Shown: piece by piece, positions 16,873 through 25,548 of the stretch
Position numbering within the stretch: position 1 is the first letter of the stretch
How the letters are laid out: each line of letters begins with the position of its first letter
DNA from: a virus
Taxonomy: Duplodnaviria > Caudoviricetes
Direction: 5' to 3' (one strand)
DNA: 41,486 bases
IMG/VR virus record: IMGVR_UViG_3300017747_002615
Coordinates: 1 to 41,486 of that record
Translations under genes and position numbers: made by a program
The notes under the pieces: generated by a model
Told to the model about the DNA's origin: nothing
Databases searched by the model: none
The model's input: the letters and a program-made list of their open reading frames with translations, nothing else

Positions 16873-16991
16873 GCACAATTATTTGCTGGCTGTTCGGCCA
16901 TAAGTGGGACAAATACGCCTTCTTGCGCAGCGGAGGCCGGATGCTGAACCCATGCAAACGATGCAATGCGCTAGGAGGAAAGAAATCATGA
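16869..16991 (+). CDS. 40-aa DUF1660-like microprotein
   Basis: GTG start; ICWLFGHKW...CKRC motif; GGGGAG RBS; coupled on both sides. Confidence 0.6.
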   Translation: MSTIICWLFGHKWDKYAFLRSGGRMLNPCKRCNALGGKKS

Positions 16992-17509
16992 GCGGCAGCG
17001 TTGTTGTAACCGATGAACTGTGGTCGAAGATCAAGGATGTTCTGGCAAGGCGCTTTCCTGTTTGCCGCGATTGCGCCGACGAGTGCGGGACTTGCCCGAA
17101 TAGCGGATTACCCTGCGACCTGAATGCCGCTGTCAAGAACCCTTCCCCCGCGCAGGCTGGCGAGGCGGTGGCGTGGAGGTGGCGCAGTCGCTCGTTTACA
17201 TCAGGCGACTGGCTCCCCTGGGACGCCAGCACAAAGAAACCGCCCTATGAATCTAATGCGCATTATCAAATCGAACCGCTGTTCCGGCCGCCCCTCGCGC
17301 CCGAGCAGCCGGGGGAGGCGTGGGCGGTGGTGGGGCCGGATGGGACTTTGAATGTGGAGTCTGGCTGGACTACCGAAGAACTTGCGTGGCGCGGCTATGC
17401 ATTGAATCACGATATTGCAGGACTGCGCTGGAAGCAATGGCTGCTTGATGAGGGATACACCTGCTGCCAAGTCACGATCACACCCGCAATCGAGGGGAGC
17501 GCGAAATGA
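16988..17509 (+). CDS. Hypothetical protein
   Basis: ATG 16988 after AGGAGG; contains CRDCADECGTC and EAVAWR motifs. Confidence 0.65.
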   Translation: MSGSVVVTDELWSKIKDVLARRFPVCRDCADECGTCPNSGLPCDLNAAVKNPSPAQAGEAVAWRWRSRSFTSGDWLPWDASTKKPPYESNAHYQIEPLFRPPLAPEQPGEAWAVVGPDGTLNVESGWTTEELAWRGYALNHDIAGLRWKQWLLDEGYTCCQVTITPAIEGSAK

Positions 17510-17745
17510 CGAAGCCGACGCCGAAGGAGCGGTGCAAGTGGTGGCATCGCTGGACAGGCTGGACGGCAAAAGCCGAGTATCAGCCGCCCTACTTTTCGTT
17601 TTACGAGCGCAGGAATTGCACAGACTGTGACGCGACACAATCAAGGCGGACTAACACACTCAACATATCGCAGGCTGAGTTGCAAAGACTGGCGCATGAG
17701 GCGGTTGAAGCCGACCGCCGACTGAAAGGACAGAAGCATGGCTGA
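17506..17745 (+). CDS. Hypothetical protein (CxxxHxW...CxxC)
   Basis: 79 aa, ATGA coupled. Confidence 0.6.
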   Translation: MTKPTPKERCKWWHRWTGWTAKAEYQPPYFSFYERRNCTDCDATQSRRTNTLNISQAELQRLAHEAVEADRRLKGQKHG

Positions 17746-18178
17746 CAGCGAAACGCCGGGAGTGGATGCATTTATAGAAGGAACGTGCAGATGGATGGAG
17801 CGCGATGGCGTCGGAGAAGTGTGCCATTCGCTTGACTATGACGGCCTTGCCGACTTCGCCCGCGGCATTGCGCGGCGGCTGCGGGAGATGACGCAGGAGA
17901 GGGATGATCTGATCCACGACAATGCCCGCCTTATTCAGCACGCATCCGAGGAAACACAACGCGCATTTGAGGCCGAGCGCGCCATGGACGAGGCGCTGCG
18001 GGATGCGGGGCAGCGACAAAAGGCGCTCTCAATACTAGCGTCAATATGGCATTGGGGATCATTCAAGGCAGAAACGCATAACGAGCACGAACTGGAAAAG
18101 ATAATGCGCTCACTGAAATTGTGGCCGCACGACCCTGACGCCGCAATCGACAGCGCAATCGGCGCGAAGGGGGTTTGA
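17738..18178 (+). CDS. Hypothetical coiled-coil protein
   Basis: 146 aa, AAGGA RBS. Confidence 0.65.
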   Translation: MADSETPGVDAFIEGTCRWMERDGVGEVCHSLDYDGLADFARGIARRLREMTQERDDLIHDNARLIQHASEETQRAFEAERAMDEALRDAGQRQKALSILASIWHWGSFKAETHNEHELEKIMRSLKLWPHDPDAAIDSAIGAKGV

Positions 18179-18179
18179 G

Positions 18180-18557
18180 ATGTGGAGAAATATTGATAAA
18201 AGCCGTGCCAATTCTGTGCATTACTCAATCATGGCGGCTATGGATGGCGTAGATGACCTTGATGCCCTGAAAGCGATGTTCCCTGATGGCAAAGCAAACG
18301 ATCTAAATTTCGTGCTGTTTTCCACCAGTGGGGTACATGGCACATACACGACGATAGAGGAAATTGAGGCCGATTCAAAAAAGCCGGATGATGACGAGGA
18401 TAAAAGCACGATGCTAACCTATGTCATCGTTCATCCCCGCCTAGTGGCGTTGCGTTATGGGAATTGCACCCCGACGACGCCGGAGGATTTCGCCTTCCTC
18501 AAGAAGTTGCGCCAAAGTAGTTACGAGGTAATGGTGACTATCGGAGCGCCGACATGA
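18180..18557 (+). CDS. Hypothetical protein
   Basis: 125 aa with NFVLFSTSGVHG and HPRLV segments; tightly packed. Confidence 0.7.
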   Translation: MWRNIDKSRANSVHYSIMAAMDGVDDLDALKAMFPDGKANDLNFVLFSTSGVHGTYTTIEEIEADSKKPDDDEDKSTMLTYVIVHPRLVALRYGNCTPTTPEDFAFLKKLRQSSYEVMVTIGAPT

Positions 18558-18850
18558 TCGCCACCCTCAGAGCGCGGGCGCGTGAAATTGCCGTCGATCT
18601 GGCTGGCGATACGGGACTTGATGATGCCATCGAATCAGTCCTTCTGCGCTTCGGGGCCGAGTGTTTGCGAGCGGAGCCGGACGAGAAGATGACTCGTTCT
18701 GCCAGTATCGAGATACTGCCAAGCTATGCGGGGCAATTAGACCATCAGCACGCATACGACATCGTTTCGCACGACGACATGGTTACGTTATTCCGCGCAA
18801 TGGCGGCAGAGCGGGCGAAGGGGCTTACTGGCGCTCAGAGCGCAGAATAA
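18554..18850 (+). CDS. Hypothetical protein
   Basis: 98 aa, GGAG RBS, ATGA coupled. Confidence 0.6.
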   Translation: MIATLRARAREIAVDLAGDTGLDDAIESVLLRFGAECLRAEPDEKMTRSASIEILPSYAGQLDHQHAYDIVSHDDMVTLFRAMAAERAKGLTGAQSAE

Positions 18851-18882
18851 TTGTAGTTAGATGAAAATATGAGGACAAACAC

Positions 18883-19077
18883 ATGAGCAAGCCATCGGTT
18901 AAGGAAATAGCGGAGTCTCTTGGAATCAGTACAAATCAGGTTTCGCAATTACGTTCACGCGGGATGCCTGTTAGCAAGATAAAATTGGCTAGAGTGTGGT
19001 TTGATGAAAACGGATTTTCAAAGGTAAATCATTCCAAAGTTGGAGCCGCCGTTGCTCAACCAAAAACAGTTACTTAA
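18883..19077 (+). CDS. Small HTH protein
   Basis: SVKEIAESLGISTNQVSQLRSRGMP; GAGG RBS; AT-richer than its neighbours. Confidence 0.7.
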   Translation: MSKPSVKEIAESLGISTNQVSQLRSRGMPVSKIKLARVWFDENGFSKVNHSKVGAAVAQPKTVT

Positions 19078-19168
19078 AGCTATTAGATGGTGCGCGTGGA
19101 ATGTTTATTTCTGGACAGACTGGATAGTGTTTCACGCCATACGATTCTGGAGAAGAATATCCAAATAG

Positions 19169-19654
19169 TTATTGTTCCCGTTCCGCCTCCAACACATCAA
19201 TGCACAGATTCAGTTTGATGGCGGTTTGATCGGCGCGACCGGCTTCTCGCCGGAGAAAGTCAGCAAACGGCTTAGAAAGTTCGGTTCCTCTCGGGTCAGT
19301 TGCGACGGGATTGGAGGAAGTTTCGCTGGCGGCACTTCCACAGGCTTGGACGGGCCTGCCGGTGTCGTACAGCCGAACAGTGTCAGCGACAAGCAAAGCA
19401 GTAGCACTCGCATCTAGGCTCCTTTGGTATTTCGTACCGGCTTGGGCGAACTTTTGCTGCCAGCCCTGCTCTTTCGCACGTTCCCGCGCCGCAATCCCCC
19501 GCTCCGCGATTCGCGCTTCTTCCGATGCTTGGAGGTCGCGTTTTGCATACTCGCCTCGTACAACTTTCTCTCGGTTGTTGGCTCCGGTGAAGTAAGCCCC
19601 CACAGTGACGCCCACAAAGATCGCAGCAATGAGTAAATTCGCATATAGGTTCAT
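19169..19654 (-). CDS. Rz: Inner-membrane spanin (Rz-like)
   Basis: N-terminal TM (LLIAAIFVGVTVGAYF), coiled coil and C-terminal RAD...LNLC; follows the endolysin with an ATGA overlap. Confidence 0.85.
   Translation of the reverse strand: MNLYANLLIAAIFVGVTVGAYFTGANNREKVVRGEYAKRDLQASEEARIAERGIAARERAKEQGWQQKFAQAGTKYQRSLDASATALLVADTVRLYDTGRPVQACGSAASETSSNPVATDPRGTELSKPFADFLRREAGRADQTAIKLNLCIDVLEAEREQ
19210..19413 (-). CDS. Rz1: Outer-membrane lipoprotein spanin (Rz1-like), fully embedded in Rz
   Basis: Lipoprotein signal MRVLLLCLSLTLFG-C, Pro-rich mature part, and an AAGGAG RBS in an alternate frame within Rz. Confidence 0.85.
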   Translation of the reverse strand: MRVLLLCLSLTLFGCTTPAGPSKPVEVPPAKLPPIPSQLTREEPNFLSRLLTFSGEKPVAPIKPPSN

Positions 19655-20064
19655 CCTTCCCTCATCATCGTAGATAACCGAATTGCTCTCTGGCCCACCT
19701 GAATAGCCCATTTACTGTTCATCATGGCGCTTTCGGCCTCTCGCCACTCTTTATCGGCAATGGCCCCAAGGAAGTTCACAAACCCACTCAGTCGAGTTCT
19801 GCCGAGATTGAAGGCCATGTTCACCAGCACCGCCTTGCGACGCTCTGACAGGCTGTCAAAGGACGGCACAAGGCTTCTGGCGTCCTTGTCCGCTTGGGCA
19901 ATGTCGTTTCGCAGCAAAAGGTCGATTTCGTCGGGTAGCAGGCCACGGTCATCTAAGTTCCGGCCTACGCCAATTGTCAGCTTCCCGACAGTATCGCGGT
20001 ATGGCTTAGTGCGCACGCCCTCATCGACGGGAAGTTGGGATTGGCAGATTTCGAGGTAGGTCAT
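19651..20064 (-). CDS. Endolysin, T4-lysozyme-like muramidase
   Basis: DEGVRTKPYRDTVGKLTIGVGRNL (E-x8-D-x5-T), LVNMAFNLG and SKWAIQVGQRA. Confidence 0.93.
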   Translation of the reverse strand: MTYLEICQSQLPVDEGVRTKPYRDTVGKLTIGVGRNLDDRGLLPDEIDLLLRNDIAQADKDARSLVPSFDSLSERRKAVLVNMAFNLGRTRLSGFVNFLGAIADKEWREAESAMMNSKWAIQVGQRAIRLSTMMREG

Positions 20065-20273
20065 GGCTCAACCTTCGGCGGCGTAGGCTGCGGCTGCGTA
20101 GAAATACGCGCCAGAATCACAAACATGGACAAAACCGCGTACCAGATCGGCGGGATGAACAGGTTGAACAGGGCGAGTATCTGGTCAGCCGAAGCCAACA
20201 ATGCCATGAATATCGCCACCCGCACCGACCAGAGACGGTTCAGTTCTGCGCGCCATCCTTCAATGAGTTTCAT
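20061..20273 (-). CDS. Holin
   Basis: 70 aa, two hydrophobic segments, W..RLWSV N-terminus, directly upstream of the endolysin. Confidence 0.75.
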   Translation of the reverse strand: MKLIEGWRAELNRLWSVRVAIFMALLASADQILALFNLFIPPIWYAVLSMFVILARISTQPQPTPPKVEP

Positions 20274-20623
20274 CGCTTCATCCTCGCCATTTCAACCTGA
20301 ATCTGCGTCAGCTTTGCATCCGTCTTTTGCTGCTCCAGATCACGGTACTGCCGGCGCAGTTCCTGATATTCCTTCATCTCGCGCAAGGCCGATTTCATGG
20401 TTTCGTTCGTGGAAGCAACGTCCCTTTGGATGGTCGCAACCTCCTTTTGCAGCACCGGAAACGCGATGTAATAGCCCATCGCAGACATGACGATGCCCGA
20501 TATGAGCGCGTAAATTACCGCCTCTATCAGTCGCGTTTTGTTGATGTCCTTGGACTGCCCCATAGCCAGCATGAACGGCACGCCAAGTTTCGATGCTTCC
20601 CCTACCATTTGCAAAGGTTCCAT
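20270..20623 (-). CDS. Single-TM coiled-coil protein (possible holin partner or antiholin)
   Basis: One TM (AVIYALISGIVMSAMGYYIAF) plus a C-terminal coiled coil; heads the lysis cassette. Confidence 0.6.
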   Translation of the reverse strand: MEPLQMVGEASKLGVPFMLAMGQSKDINKTRLIEAVIYALISGIVMSAMGYYIAFPVLQKEVATIQRDVASTNETMKSALREMKEYQELRRQYRDLEQQKTDAKLTQIQVEMARMKR

Positions 20624-20668
20624 TCCGGTTATCGCCTTTTTATTGTTGTGTCGCGTTTTACTGCACGG

Positions 20669-20833
20669 TTACTCGCCTGTTGCTGGATTCTCCAGTTTTG
20701 CAACTTTCTCATTCAGCGCCGCAATCTCCCGCTTTGCCGCCTCAAGCATGGCGTAGAGTTGCGCTGTTTCGTTCAGCGCACCGTTGCGCTGGTTGGCTAC
20801 TGCGGTTACTACATCATTTGCGTCGAGTTGCAC
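20669..20833 (-). CDS. 54-aa coiled-coil protein
   Basis: GTG start after AGGAG; MQLDANDVVTAVANQRNGALNETAQLYAMLEAAKREIAALNEKVAKLENPATGE. Confidence 0.65.
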   Translation of the reverse strand: MQLDANDVVTAVANQRNGALNETAQLYAMLEAAKREIAALNEKVAKLENPATGE

Positions 20834-21077
20834 TGGTTTCTCCTATGTTTGGAGGGGTTGCGAAAATGCCCGTAACGGGCGGTAGGTACAGCTTCGGGTA
20901 GTCCTTCGCCGTGATTTCCCACGGCTGCTTTTGTGGGATGGCGATGGTCGGCTGCACCGCGCTTGTGGCAATCTGCGGCATCGTCATTTGCACGGGAGGC
21001 CTAAACGTGGCCGTTTCGTGACGCCCCCAATCTTGGGCGTGCGCTGAGAAGGACAGCAGGAGGATTAGATATTTCAT
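20814..21077 (-). CDS. Small exported protein with Sec signal peptide
   Basis: MKYLILLLSFSAHA/QD (AxA cleavage site), Pro-rich; ATGA coupled to the tail fibre. Confidence 0.55.
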   Translation of the reverse strand: MKYLILLLSFSAHAQDWGRHETATFRPPVQMTMPQIATSAVQPTIAIPQKQPWEITAKDYPKLYLPPVTGIFATPPNIGETSATRRK

Positions 21078-23380
21078 GGTATGAGATATGTCGCACTAAC
21101 ATAAACAGCGTTTGATCCAACTCCAGCAGACCAAGTTGGGGTTCTAAGAAGATTGTCCGCCCCATCTATATACCCATTACCAGATGCTATAACTCCACCG
21201 GCAGGGCTTGAAGCCAAAACATCAGAACTCGCGCCATTAACATTAAAAGGAAGCGTCAGTGTTGACGTGGATAGGGTAGATGCGGTTGACGTAACTGGAG
21301 TAATTGAAATTAAAACGTGAATTAATTTTCCAACTCTTGTGTAGTAACCGGCGTATGTTGGCGTTCCTCCGACGTTCGTGAACCCTGCGGCTGTTGGCGT
21401 CCATGTTCCTTCGTCATAGACAGTTAATGTATCTCCGCCAGCGAGTTTTATTCCGTGCGCAAAGTTTGTCACTCCATTGACAGTGTTTGTACCACTCGCA
21501 TTCCCGATGTTCAGCGCCGTGGATGCCCCGCCTGCGAAGTTGACGGTGGTGGCGGTGGCGTTGATGAGGTTGAAGGTTGTGTCATCTGTGTCTATCGTTC
21601 CGCCGTTGGCAGAGATAGTCCCCGTCGCGGAGAACGCCCCCGTTGACGGCGTGATCGTTACACCAGTAGTGAGTGCCGAGTTGAGTATGCTTATCTGATC
21701 GCTCGCCCAGTAGAGGACGCCGTAAGTTGACGCAAGGTCGTTGGACTTGAAGTTGATTCTGCCAGAGTTGTCGCTACGGCCTTTCATCACCAAGGCTTCC
21801 CGAGTGCTCGCGTCGGCGGTGAGTGTGGTGATGCCACTAGCCGCCAGCGTAGTGACGCTCGCCGCAGCAGGGGTCGTGCCGCCTAGGACGCCGTTGATGC
21901 CTGTCGGATTGATAACGAGGACATCGCTGAATACACCCGCTCCAGCACCGTCCGCTCGGTACGCTATCGTGTAGGTCGCGCTGCCAGCCGGGTTGTTCGC
22001 TCTTGTCCGCCACGACGGGCGGCTTGAGGCGTTGACAGATTCAGTGCCGTTTATGTTGGTGTAGTTGACGCCTATATCGTAGGTGTCAGTGGAGTTTGCG
22101 TACCCAAGGGTGATTCCGTCGCCGCCGGAGCTTGCTGCTTTGAGAGCGCCAACAATTGAATTCAGCCCTGTGGCATTGCCGGTAATCAACCCACTCGCCG
22201 CCAGTGTAGTGACGCTCGTTGCGCCTGCGGTGAGGGTGCCGCTTCCAAGATTAATCGCGCCGCTTGTCACCCACAATGCGTACTGATTTGACCCTGTGGA
22301 CGGTGCGCCATTTATTTTCAGCGTTGCCGCGTTGGTCAGCGTGGATGCACCGGCTCCGATTGTCGGCGGGTAAAGTTGTAGCGTTGAAAATGTATCGTGC
22401 GTTCCGGAGCCAGCTTTGTTTATTGTGATTGCCGTAGCGCCTGCTCCAAGGTTTGCCCCGAGAGCCATTCCGTAAGCATCACCACCTACCGACGGAGTAA
22501 GCGTGTTGGATAGACCTAATCCTATAGCAGAGCTTCCCGGCGAGAATGATCCCTCAAATAAAAATTGCGTGCTTGGTAGCGCGGAACCTCCAAATGCGTG
22601 CGGGCCTGTATTGCTTAATAGAAATTGCCCACTCGCCGTAATCGCCGCCGCGTTCACCGTGCCGGTGAAGGTGGGGGAGGCGGACAGCACCATGTTTCCA
22701 GTGCCAGTCACAGCGTTGCTCAACGTAACGCCACCATAGGTCAGCGCAGCACTCAGCGTCACCGCTTGGCTGAACGTCGATGCGCCGAGGATAGTATTCG
22801 TGCCGCTGGCGTTACCGACGTTCAGCGCCGTGGAAGCACCGCCGGCAAAATTAACCGTCGTCGCCGTCGCATTAATCAGATTGAACGTCGTGGCAGTCGT
22901 GGTCAGATCGCCGCCGTTCACCGCCAGATCGCCCGTGAACGTGATATTGCCCGTCACAGCAACAGTGCCACCAATCGTCGCATTACCCGACAGGAAGATA
23001 TTGCGCGGCCTCGTAGCACCAGATGCGCCGATGTCGTAGGTCGCATCGGTGAACAGCAGGTTATGCGAAAGCGTTGTCGATGCGGCAACGATGTCCCATA
23101 CCTTCGTTCCGGCTACCGAGTAACCGTTGTTGTTCAGGCCGATCCGGTACAGGCCGGTTGTCGTATCCGTGCCGAAGTAAATGCCTGGCAGCGATACGGT
23201 GCCTGCGTAGAACCCGATCCCCGCCGTCGCCGTCTGCGTGCCGTCCTTCAACATGCATGTTGACAGGCCGGTTGCAAGGTCGGCTGTAAGTGCGTTGAAA
23301 ACTGACGCGCTGATGGTCGTGCCGTCGACCACAGGTTGTCCGGATGTGTTTATGCTGAAAACGCCGCCTGAGAAACTCAT
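21074..23380 (-). CDS. Tail fibre / receptor-binding protein
   Basis: N-terminal anchor (GTTISASVFNALTADLATGLSTCMLKDG), G/T/A/S-rich beta repeats and a YDEGTWTP-led C-terminal domain; last structural gene before lysis. Confidence 0.85.
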   Translation of the reverse strand: MSFSGGVFSINTSGQPVVDGTTISASVFNALTADLATGLSTCMLKDGTQTATAGIGFYAGTVSLPGIYFGTDTTTGLYRIGLNNNGYSVAGTKVWDIVAASTTLSHNLLFTDATYDIGASGATRPRNIFLSGNATIGGTVAVTGNITFTGDLAVNGGDLTTTATTFNLINATATTVNFAGGASTALNVGNASGTNTILGASTFSQAVTLSAALTYGGVTLSNAVTGTGNMVLSASPTFTGTVNAAAITASGQFLLSNTGPHAFGGSALPSTQFLFEGSFSPGSSAIGLGLSNTLTPSVGGDAYGMALGANLGAGATAITINKAGSGTHDTFSTLQLYPPTIGAGASTLTNAATLKINGAPSTGSNQYALWVTSGAINLGSGTLTAGATSVTTLAASGLITGNATGLNSIVGALKAASSGGDGITLGYANSTDTYDIGVNYTNINGTESVNASSRPSWRTRANNPAGSATYTIAYRADGAGAGVFSDVLVINPTGINGVLGGTTPAAASVTTLAASGITTLTADASTREALVMKGRSDNSGRINFKSNDLASTYGVLYWASDQISILNSALTTGVTITPSTGAFSATGTISANGGTIDTDDTTFNLINATATTVNFAGGASTALNIGNASGTNTVNGVTNFAHGIKLAGGDTLTVYDEGTWTPTAAGFTNVGGTPTYAGYYTRVGKLIHVLISITPVTSTASTLSTSTLTLPFNVNGASSDVLASSPAGGVIASGNGYIDGADNLLRTPTWSAGVGSNAVYVSATYLIP

Positions 23381-25548
23381 TATTGGACTCCTTGCGCTGC
23401 GGCTGATGCGCCGCCGATAACGGCACCTTGCCGAAGTTGGTTAGCCAGCATACCGCTGCGGGTGGTTGCCTTTGCCGCCTCAAGCGCATCGGCAAGCTGC
23501 TTTGGATTAAGATAGCGTTCTGCCGCAAGTCTCACTATCTTTTCGTCGGCACCTTCGCCTAGCTTCTTCATAATCCAGTTCGTAATCATCGCTGGACGTG
23601 ATAGCAGGTTTGGCAAACTGCCCTCTGACTGTTGAGCCAATCCCATCGGATTTGATACGTTGGTTGCAGACGCATTTCTTTCCGCTTGCAAGGTTCGTGT
23701 CAGGTCATCGGCAACCGCCTGCACAGACTCTGCATTCTTCGGCCCTATGGCCTGCGGAAGATTGTCGTAGCGCGTGAATCCTGTGGACTTCTTCAACAAC
23801 CGCGCTGCTGCTTCTGGAGTCCTATCGTCTATTGCACGCAGGAACGTAGATGGCGTTTCCTTTCCGGTCGCATCGGTCAGTCGCTTTCCAAGTTCTCGCA
23901 TCGTCTGCATCTGGTTGATTGGTATTGAATCCTCTGTGTACTGCAAGCGAGCATCACGCCAATTAGGAACCTTTTCAGACAGCCATTTAACAAACTGGTC
24001 GCGTGTCCCTGCAATGTCCCGCACGCTGCGGTCGCCTTCTGTCAGGCCAAGGCCAACCTTTTTCTTGATTGATTCATCCAGAAACTCTTTGACCGCCTGC
24101 ATGTCCTCAACGGTGAATTTGTCCGTTGGCTTCGTGGGGAATGGTCGGCCAGCTTCTCTGGCACTCATTTCCGCCTCTGCAAGCGCGGCCTTGAATGACG
24201 GGCGAGAGGTAAAGTCGTCCAGCGATTTCGTGCCAAGGCCAAGCGTGTTTTTCAGGCTCTCCATGACGCCAGAAAGGAATGATTCTTCCTTGACGCGCCG
24301 TTGGATAATGCCGTCCATCTCTCCTGCGGCAGTCCGTGCCTCTGCGGCGCGATCTGCATTTGAAATCCATCCGGGTTTCCCTGCTTCTGCCCTAACAGTG
24401 CTCTGGGCCGCGTCAGTATTTATCTTGCCCTGCGTCTGCAAAGCATCAGCCCTAGAAGCAAACCTTCCGCCCACGGCATTTTCCATAATTCCGGCTTGCG
24501 ACTCTGGCGTAATCTGCTGCGCCATCAGCGGCCCATAGCCCTCTGCCGCATTCCCCGCCCGATTGGCAACCGCCGCATTCATCGCGTCATCAGTCCCTGC
24601 TCCCGCCTGAATCATCGCCGCCCTAGCTGCCTGCTGGTCAGCGCCACGACGGGCGAACATGGGGGAAACCAGATCGCTCTTGGAAATGGCCTGCTGGTGT
24701 GCCGCCAATCCAGTTGACTCCGGAATTGACGCCATAGCCTGCGATGCCGTTGGTTGGCTACCTGGCACAATCTCTGGCGCACCGCGCAACGCCGCAGCCA
24801 TCTGAGCGCCTTTGTCACCAGCCAGCCCCTGCTGATAGCGGTTCAGTATCCGCTCTCGGCCTGATTGAGTAAGTGGCTCAAAGGCATTTTTTGCAATCCC
24901 GTAAGCGCCGCGACCAACCTCTGCGCCGCCTGTCACTGCGCCGCCCATTAAACCACCACCGACGGTTTGACCAACCTTCTCCGTCCAGAAGTTATCGCCA
25001 CCATTTGTGATTGGCGTTGTCGCGCCAAATCCAGCGCCGATGCCAGCCCCTTGCGCAATACGACCACCGGCAGATGCCGCTGGCGCAATCTGCATGGCTT
25101 TCAACGCAGCGGGGCTTAATATCGTTCCGGCCAACCCCATCAAATCAGGGCCAGTAGCACCACCGGCTTGCTTCATCTGGTCGAACTGCTGCAACAAGGC
25201 GTTATCGCCCTGCCCCATCTTGTTACCGGAGTCGATAACACCCATCGCGTTCGATGCCAACTGCGCAGCGCCCAAGAATGGCGATGCAGCACCTACGGCA
25301 AAGCGGGTTCCGGGGGCAGAAGCAATGCGCTCTGGTAATGTTGCAGACGGCTTTCCAGCAAGCCATTCAGGAAGAATGCCCTCATTCGCAACTTCTCGCG
25401 CACCACGGCTAATCGCGTCGTTTTCTACGCGCTCTGATGCCGAACTTGTCGCTTTAAGCATACGCAGCCCGGACGTAGAAACACGCGCCAAGTCACCAGA
25501 CTTTAGCGCCTGCAAATCCTCAATGCTGAATTTTGAAAGGTCGGTCAC
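23380..25548 (-). CDS. DNA ejection / internal virion protein (large)
   Basis: Ala/Gly-rich with hydrophobic GAG-rich segments (AQGAGIGAGFGA, VGGGLMGGAVTGG); position matches podovirus ejection genes. Confidence 0.7.
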   Translation of the reverse strand: MTDLSKFSIEDLQALKSGDLARVSTSGLRMLKATSSASERVENDAISRGAREVANEGILPEWLAGKPSATLPERIASAPGTRFAVGAASPFLGAAQLASNAMGVIDSGNKMGQGDNALLQQFDQMKQAGGATGPDLMGLAGTILSPAALKAMQIAPAASAGGRIAQGAGIGAGFGATTPITNGGDNFWTEKVGQTVGGGLMGGAVTGGAEVGRGAYGIAKNAFEPLTQSGRERILNRYQQGLAGDKGAQMAAALRGAPEIVPGSQPTASQAMASIPESTGLAAHQQAISKSDLVSPMFARRGADQQAARAAMIQAGAGTDDAMNAAVANRAGNAAEGYGPLMAQQITPESQAGIMENAVGGRFASRADALQTQGKINTDAAQSTVRAEAGKPGWISNADRAAEARTAAGEMDGIIQRRVKEESFLSGVMESLKNTLGLGTKSLDDFTSRPSFKAALAEAEMSAREAGRPFPTKPTDKFTVEDMQAVKEFLDESIKKKVGLGLTEGDRSVRDIAGTRDQFVKWLSEKVPNWRDARLQYTEDSIPINQMQTMRELGKRLTDATGKETPSTFLRAIDDRTPEAAARLLKKSTGFTRYDNLPQAIGPKNAESVQAVADDLTRTLQAERNASATNVSNPMGLAQQSEGSLPNLLSRPAMITNWIMKKLGEGADEKIVRLAAERYLNPKQLADALEAAKATTRSGMLANQLRQGAVIGGASAAAQGVQ

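Noticed and set aside
21482-22891. Tail fibre repeat as a DGR template/variable repeat pair
   Set aside because: No reverse transcriptase is present, both copies are in frame within one gene, and the differences are synonymous rather than adenine-specific.
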